Assembly: GCA_965214775.1 (NCBI GenBank)
Contig: OZ243974.1
Span: forward strand, 1,920,001-1,984,000
Source of the DNA: Nitrosopumilus sp.
GTDB taxonomy: Archaea; Thermoproteota; Nitrososphaeria; Nitrososphaerales; Nitrosopumilaceae
DNA length: 64,000 bases
Direction: 5' to 3'
Below the pieces are notes generated by a model that did no database searches, was not told the DNA's origin, and saw only the letters and a list, made by a program, of their open reading frames with translations. Every line of letters begins with the position of its first letter. The stretch's first letter is position 1. Made by a program: the position numbers and the translations under genes. Below, piece after piece: positions 60,661 through 64,000 of this stretch.

Positions 60661-61301
60661 TTGGTTGGGGATCCTGACATTACGGACGTGGACTGGAGAA
60701 TTCCCGACGTGATCCGCCTGTTTGAGCACATGAAGACAAGGATAGAGAGTGTTGAAAAAGACAACGGGCAGCTGCAAAAAGACAACGAGCAGCTGCAAAA
60801 AGACAACGGGCAGCTGCAAAAAGACAAAGAACAGCAACAAAAGGAAATCGAGCAGCTGCAAAAAGACAACGAGCAGCTAAGGGCGCTGCTAGGGCGACAG
60901 CCGACGACGGCCGGATCCGGGCCGGCGGTGGACTCTGTTCCAAAGGAGGCCCGCAAAGAGCCGAATTCGCGCGGCTATAACGTGCGCAAGTTCCACGACT
61001 TTCCGCATCCTGAAAAGGCGGCCCCCAAAAAGAGGCCAGAGACTAAGACAGTCACCCGCACATGCACGGCAGACGCCGAGTTCTGCCCCGACTGCGGCGA
61101 CAAGCTCTCTGAGGGGTGCGAAAGGTACGCAAGGAAATCCAAGGACCTGATCGACGGCAAGTGGACCGAGACCGAGTGGGACGTCACCAAGCGTTACTGC
61201 AAGTCATGCAAGAAAAAGCGCTCCGCCCCCGTGCCCGGCGTGCTGCCCGGCGAGCATTACGGCACGCGCGTCATCGGGATAATCGTGTTTCTTCGCTGCA
61301 T
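60661..61301 (+). pseudogene. IS66-like transposase N-terminal fragment
   Basis: Heptad repeats QLQKDNE/G, CPDCG...YCKSC zinc finger, YG motif; cut by the IS at 61302. Confidence 0.7.
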
Positions 61302-62456
61302 AGAGTTGATTCGAAATTAGCAAGTTTTGATCAAATGGGCACATAATGTACACCAACCCGATCCAAATGCAGGTAAAATGTACATAATTCATGAAGTTAT
61401 TTGATAAATTGTCAAAAAACCCCCGGACATTCAGGATGTTTGCCGGCATGACTGCCCCCGAATTTGATTTGTTGTATGCAAAGGTGGCAAAAAAACACCC
61501 AAAGATGGACAAAAAGAGGCTGCTTTCTGCCAAAAAAGACCGCAAGCGTGACATCGGTGCAGGACGTCCGACTGCCCTGAACCTAAAGGAGAGTCTTCTG
61601 CTGTCCCTGTTCTACTACAGGACGTACGTCACGCAGGACGTGGCATCTGCCATGTTCGGCATTGGACAGGCATCAGTCTCGCGCACAATTGACAGGATTG
61701 CGTCGGTTCTCAAAAAGTACATTCGATCCCCGAAAAGATCTATTGGGGCACCAAGAGAATATCCTCAGTAGAGGAGCTAATGGACGTATTACCGAAACTT
61801 GTCTGCCTGACAGACGCCTCAGAGCAAAAGATATGCAGGCCCAAGAGAAAGGACATGGAGAAATCGCACTATTCAGGCAAGGCAGGCACGCACACAGTCA
61901 AGATCCAGTACACCACCAACATCCACGGACTCATAGTGCACAAGACGCCCCACTCTCCGGGACGCGTAAACGACATCACGATGTACCAGATGAGGCATCC
62001 CACGTTCCGGTACGACCAAAGAAAGGAGAAAGAGAAAGAGAAAAAGTGCCCCGGCGGCGGGGATGGTGATGCGCCACAACAACAACCGCAGAGCATAAAG
62101 CTGCGGCACTACATGGATCGCGGATACCAGGGAGCACAGTTAGTGGATGCAGGCACGGACGTCATACTCCCTATCAAGAAAAAACCGGGCTGTAAGCTCA
62201 CCGATGCGGAAAAAGAGTACAACATCACGCACTCAAAGATACGCGTGTACGTGGAGAACGTCATACGCAGGGTCAAAACATACAGGATCATGGGCGACCG
62301 GTACCGAAACCCACTCAAAAAGTACGACCTTGCCAACAGTATCGTGTGCGGACTGGTCAACGATAGGGCGTTGGCCAGAATCGCTGCTGCGGCCTGAGTG
62401 GCGGCAGCAGGACAACTGCGGACGGGGCGCTCGATTTCTAATTTCGGATCACCTCT
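61302..62456 (+). mobile_element. IS5-like element (HTH + DDE_4), transposase in two frames (61391-61771, then to 62397)
   Basis: TIRs AGAGTTGATTCGAAATTAG / CTAATTTCGGATCACCTCT; YSGK, DRGYQG, RVYVENVIRRVK; flanks do not match (no TSD). Confidence 0.85.
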
Positions 62457-62806
62457 CTGAGAAGATCTGCGAGAATCTGCGCGTCGACCTTGTCTGTCTT
62501 TTTCTTTGATGTCGCGATGGCCCTGGTCTCAAAGGGGTTTGAGAGGATCACGTCCCTTTTGAGGGTGTCTGAGATGAACCTGAACAGCCCGTACCATACG
62601 GAGGAGGACTCCATGACGCACTTTGCGTTCTCCGGAATCCCTGCAAATATCTCTCTTATCTCGTCGTCATTGTTGCTGACTCTTGTGTTGCTGAGCACCT
62701 TGCCGCCCTTGTCCATCACCGCGACTTGGATGAACTCCTTGTGCACGTCCAGGCCGACATACTGCTGCTACTTCTGCTTCTGCTGTTGTATGGTCTTTGA
62801 TTTCAC
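62457..62806 (-). pseudogene. IS110 transposase N-terminal fragment
   Basis: YVGLDVHK, VMES, KTDKVDA; in-frame TAG upstream of the first motif and truncation by the IS5 end. Confidence 0.85.
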
Positions 62807-62924
62807 ACGCATCCTCTTTTTTGCGGTAATCTGTTTGTTTGCGTTGCCGTTTATTTTGGCACCATCTGAATTTTGTTTTTGAGACACATATGAACACGGG
62901 TTAACACCCGGGCCCGTAGTAGTG

Positions 62925-63050
62925 TCGGTGTGGATCAACCGCTGTATAACCATGCGCCTTGCGCGCTGACATATGAATGCGGTAATTCTGAGCTGCAGTG
63001 TTCGTGCACCACGGCGTGCTGATAGATGTGTGCAGCCTCTGATCCACCAA
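62925..63050 (+). ncRNA. Candidate IS110 bridge/guide RNA in left non-coding end
   Basis: Nested stems GTGGATCA (62930-62937)/TGATCCAC (63040-63047) and GCTGTATA/TGTGCAGC; TTAA at 62901; upstream of the IS110 recombinase. Confidence 0.4.
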
Positions 63051-63070
63051 AAAAAGGAAAATGAGAAAAG

Positions 63071-64000
63071 ATGCAATACAGCATAGGAATAGACATTGGA
63101 AAGAGAAAATGCGTAGCGTGCATTATGGACGACAACAAGAGGATCCTAGAAGAGACGGCATACGAGAACACCTACAAGGAGGCAGACTTGTTTGCCAAGA
63201 AGGCAAAGCTCAATTACGGTGGGAAGAACTGCCAGGCCGTCTGCGAGTCCACGGGCAACATGTGGCTCAAGACCTACGAGGCATTCGAGTCTGCAGGAAT
63301 ACCCATCAAGCTTGCCAACACCCACAGGATGCGGATAATCTCTGACATGGACGTAAAGACTGATCCTATCGACGCAAGAAAGCTTGCAAACGCCCTGAGG
63401 GCTGGAATGGTTCCCGAGTGTTACGTGGCACCGCCAGAACTCAGGAGCGTCAGGGAGCTGATGCGCTGCAGGATCCGTCTTGTGCAGGACAGGACGGCCG
63501 TGGTCAACCAGATCCACAGCCTCCTGGACAGGCATGACTGGAAGATCAACTCGTCGCACATGTACTCCAACAAGGGACTCAAGCAGCTGTTCGCCCTGAA
63601 TCTTGGCGATCCAAACGATGATGTGGTTCTCGGCGTGTATGCCAGAAGGGTCAGGCATCTTGCAGAGGAGATTGCAAGCATCGAGACAAGGATAGCGGCG
63701 CAGGCCGGCGCCAGCGAGTATGCGAGGATCCTGATGAGCATTCCGGGAATTGACTCGTTTACGGCCATGCTGCCGGTATCTGAGATCGGAGATATTGCCA
63801 GATTCAAGACCCCGAACAAACTTGTTGCGTGGTTTGGCATGTGTCCTACAGTCCACCAGTCCGGCGACAGGGAGGAGTACCACGGCAAAATGAGAAAGAC
63901 ATCCAACCGCAGGTGCAACTGGGCAATACTCCAGGCTGCGCGGACGGCTGCCATATACGATGAGAGAATGGGAAGGATCCATGCAAGATCCAAGAAGAGG
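63071..64000 (+). CDS. IS110-family DEDD transposase/recombinase (runs off window end)
   Basis: Manually translated MQYSIGIDIGK...VCESTG...KTDPIDA...LMSIPGI...VHQSG. Confidence 0.92.
   Translation, partial: MQYSIGIDIGKRKCVACIMDDNKRILEETAYENTYKEADLFAKKAKLNYGGKNCQAVCESTGNMWLKTYEAFESAGIPIKLANTHRMRIISDMDVKTDPIDARKLANALRAGMVPECYVAPPELRSVRELMRCRIRLVQDRTAVVNQIHSLLDRHDWKINSSHMYSNKGLKQLFALNLGDPNDDVVLGVYARRVRHLAEEIASIETRIAAQAGASEYARILMSIPGIDSFTAMLPVSEIGDIARFKTPNKLVAWFGMCPTVHQSGDREEYHGKMRKTSNRRCNWAILQAARTAAIYDERMGRIHARSKKR

Noticed and set aside
61700-61780. Programmed -1 frameshift at C AAA AAG in the IS5-like transposase
   Set aside because: Possible, but a single-base deletion explains it equally well; undecidable from one copy.

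Overview
Archaeal (Nitrososphaerota, Nitrosopumilus-like) chromosome segment heavily colonised by IS elements and MITEs. 1-19.65 kb is lower-GC host backbone: S8 peptidase, sod, prefoldin, ftsY with an 11x33-bp repeat, argF, rpl18-rps5-rpl30-rpl15-secY-adk, DUF106, cmk, cbf5 and an intron-containing tRNA-Ser(GGA). After that tRNA no core genes recur. About 22.9-58.1 kb is a GC-richer block that looks like an integrated conjugative-type element. It carries archaeal type IV pilins, an A24 prepilin peptidase, a TadC/FlaJ platform split by IS66, a PrgI/VirB3-like protein, a VirD4-type coupling ATPase fused to a PD-(D/E)XK-like domain, and secreted SNase, cupredoxin and LamG proteins. It also carries a ParB-like protein, a ParM-like actin, a Panacea-like antitoxin and an orphan 12-repeat type I-G-like CRISPR array. 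Most notably, it encodes its own divergent TBP, its own TFB and an initiator-type tRNA-Met(CAU) with an aberrant anticodon loop directly upstream of the TFB. Many of its genes have a TTAA box 25-33 nt before the start. No integrase, VirB4, pilus ATPase or cas gene is visible in the window. 59.7-64 kb is a graveyard of IS66, IS5 and IS110 pieces. All family calls come from motif recognition by eye, without database searches.
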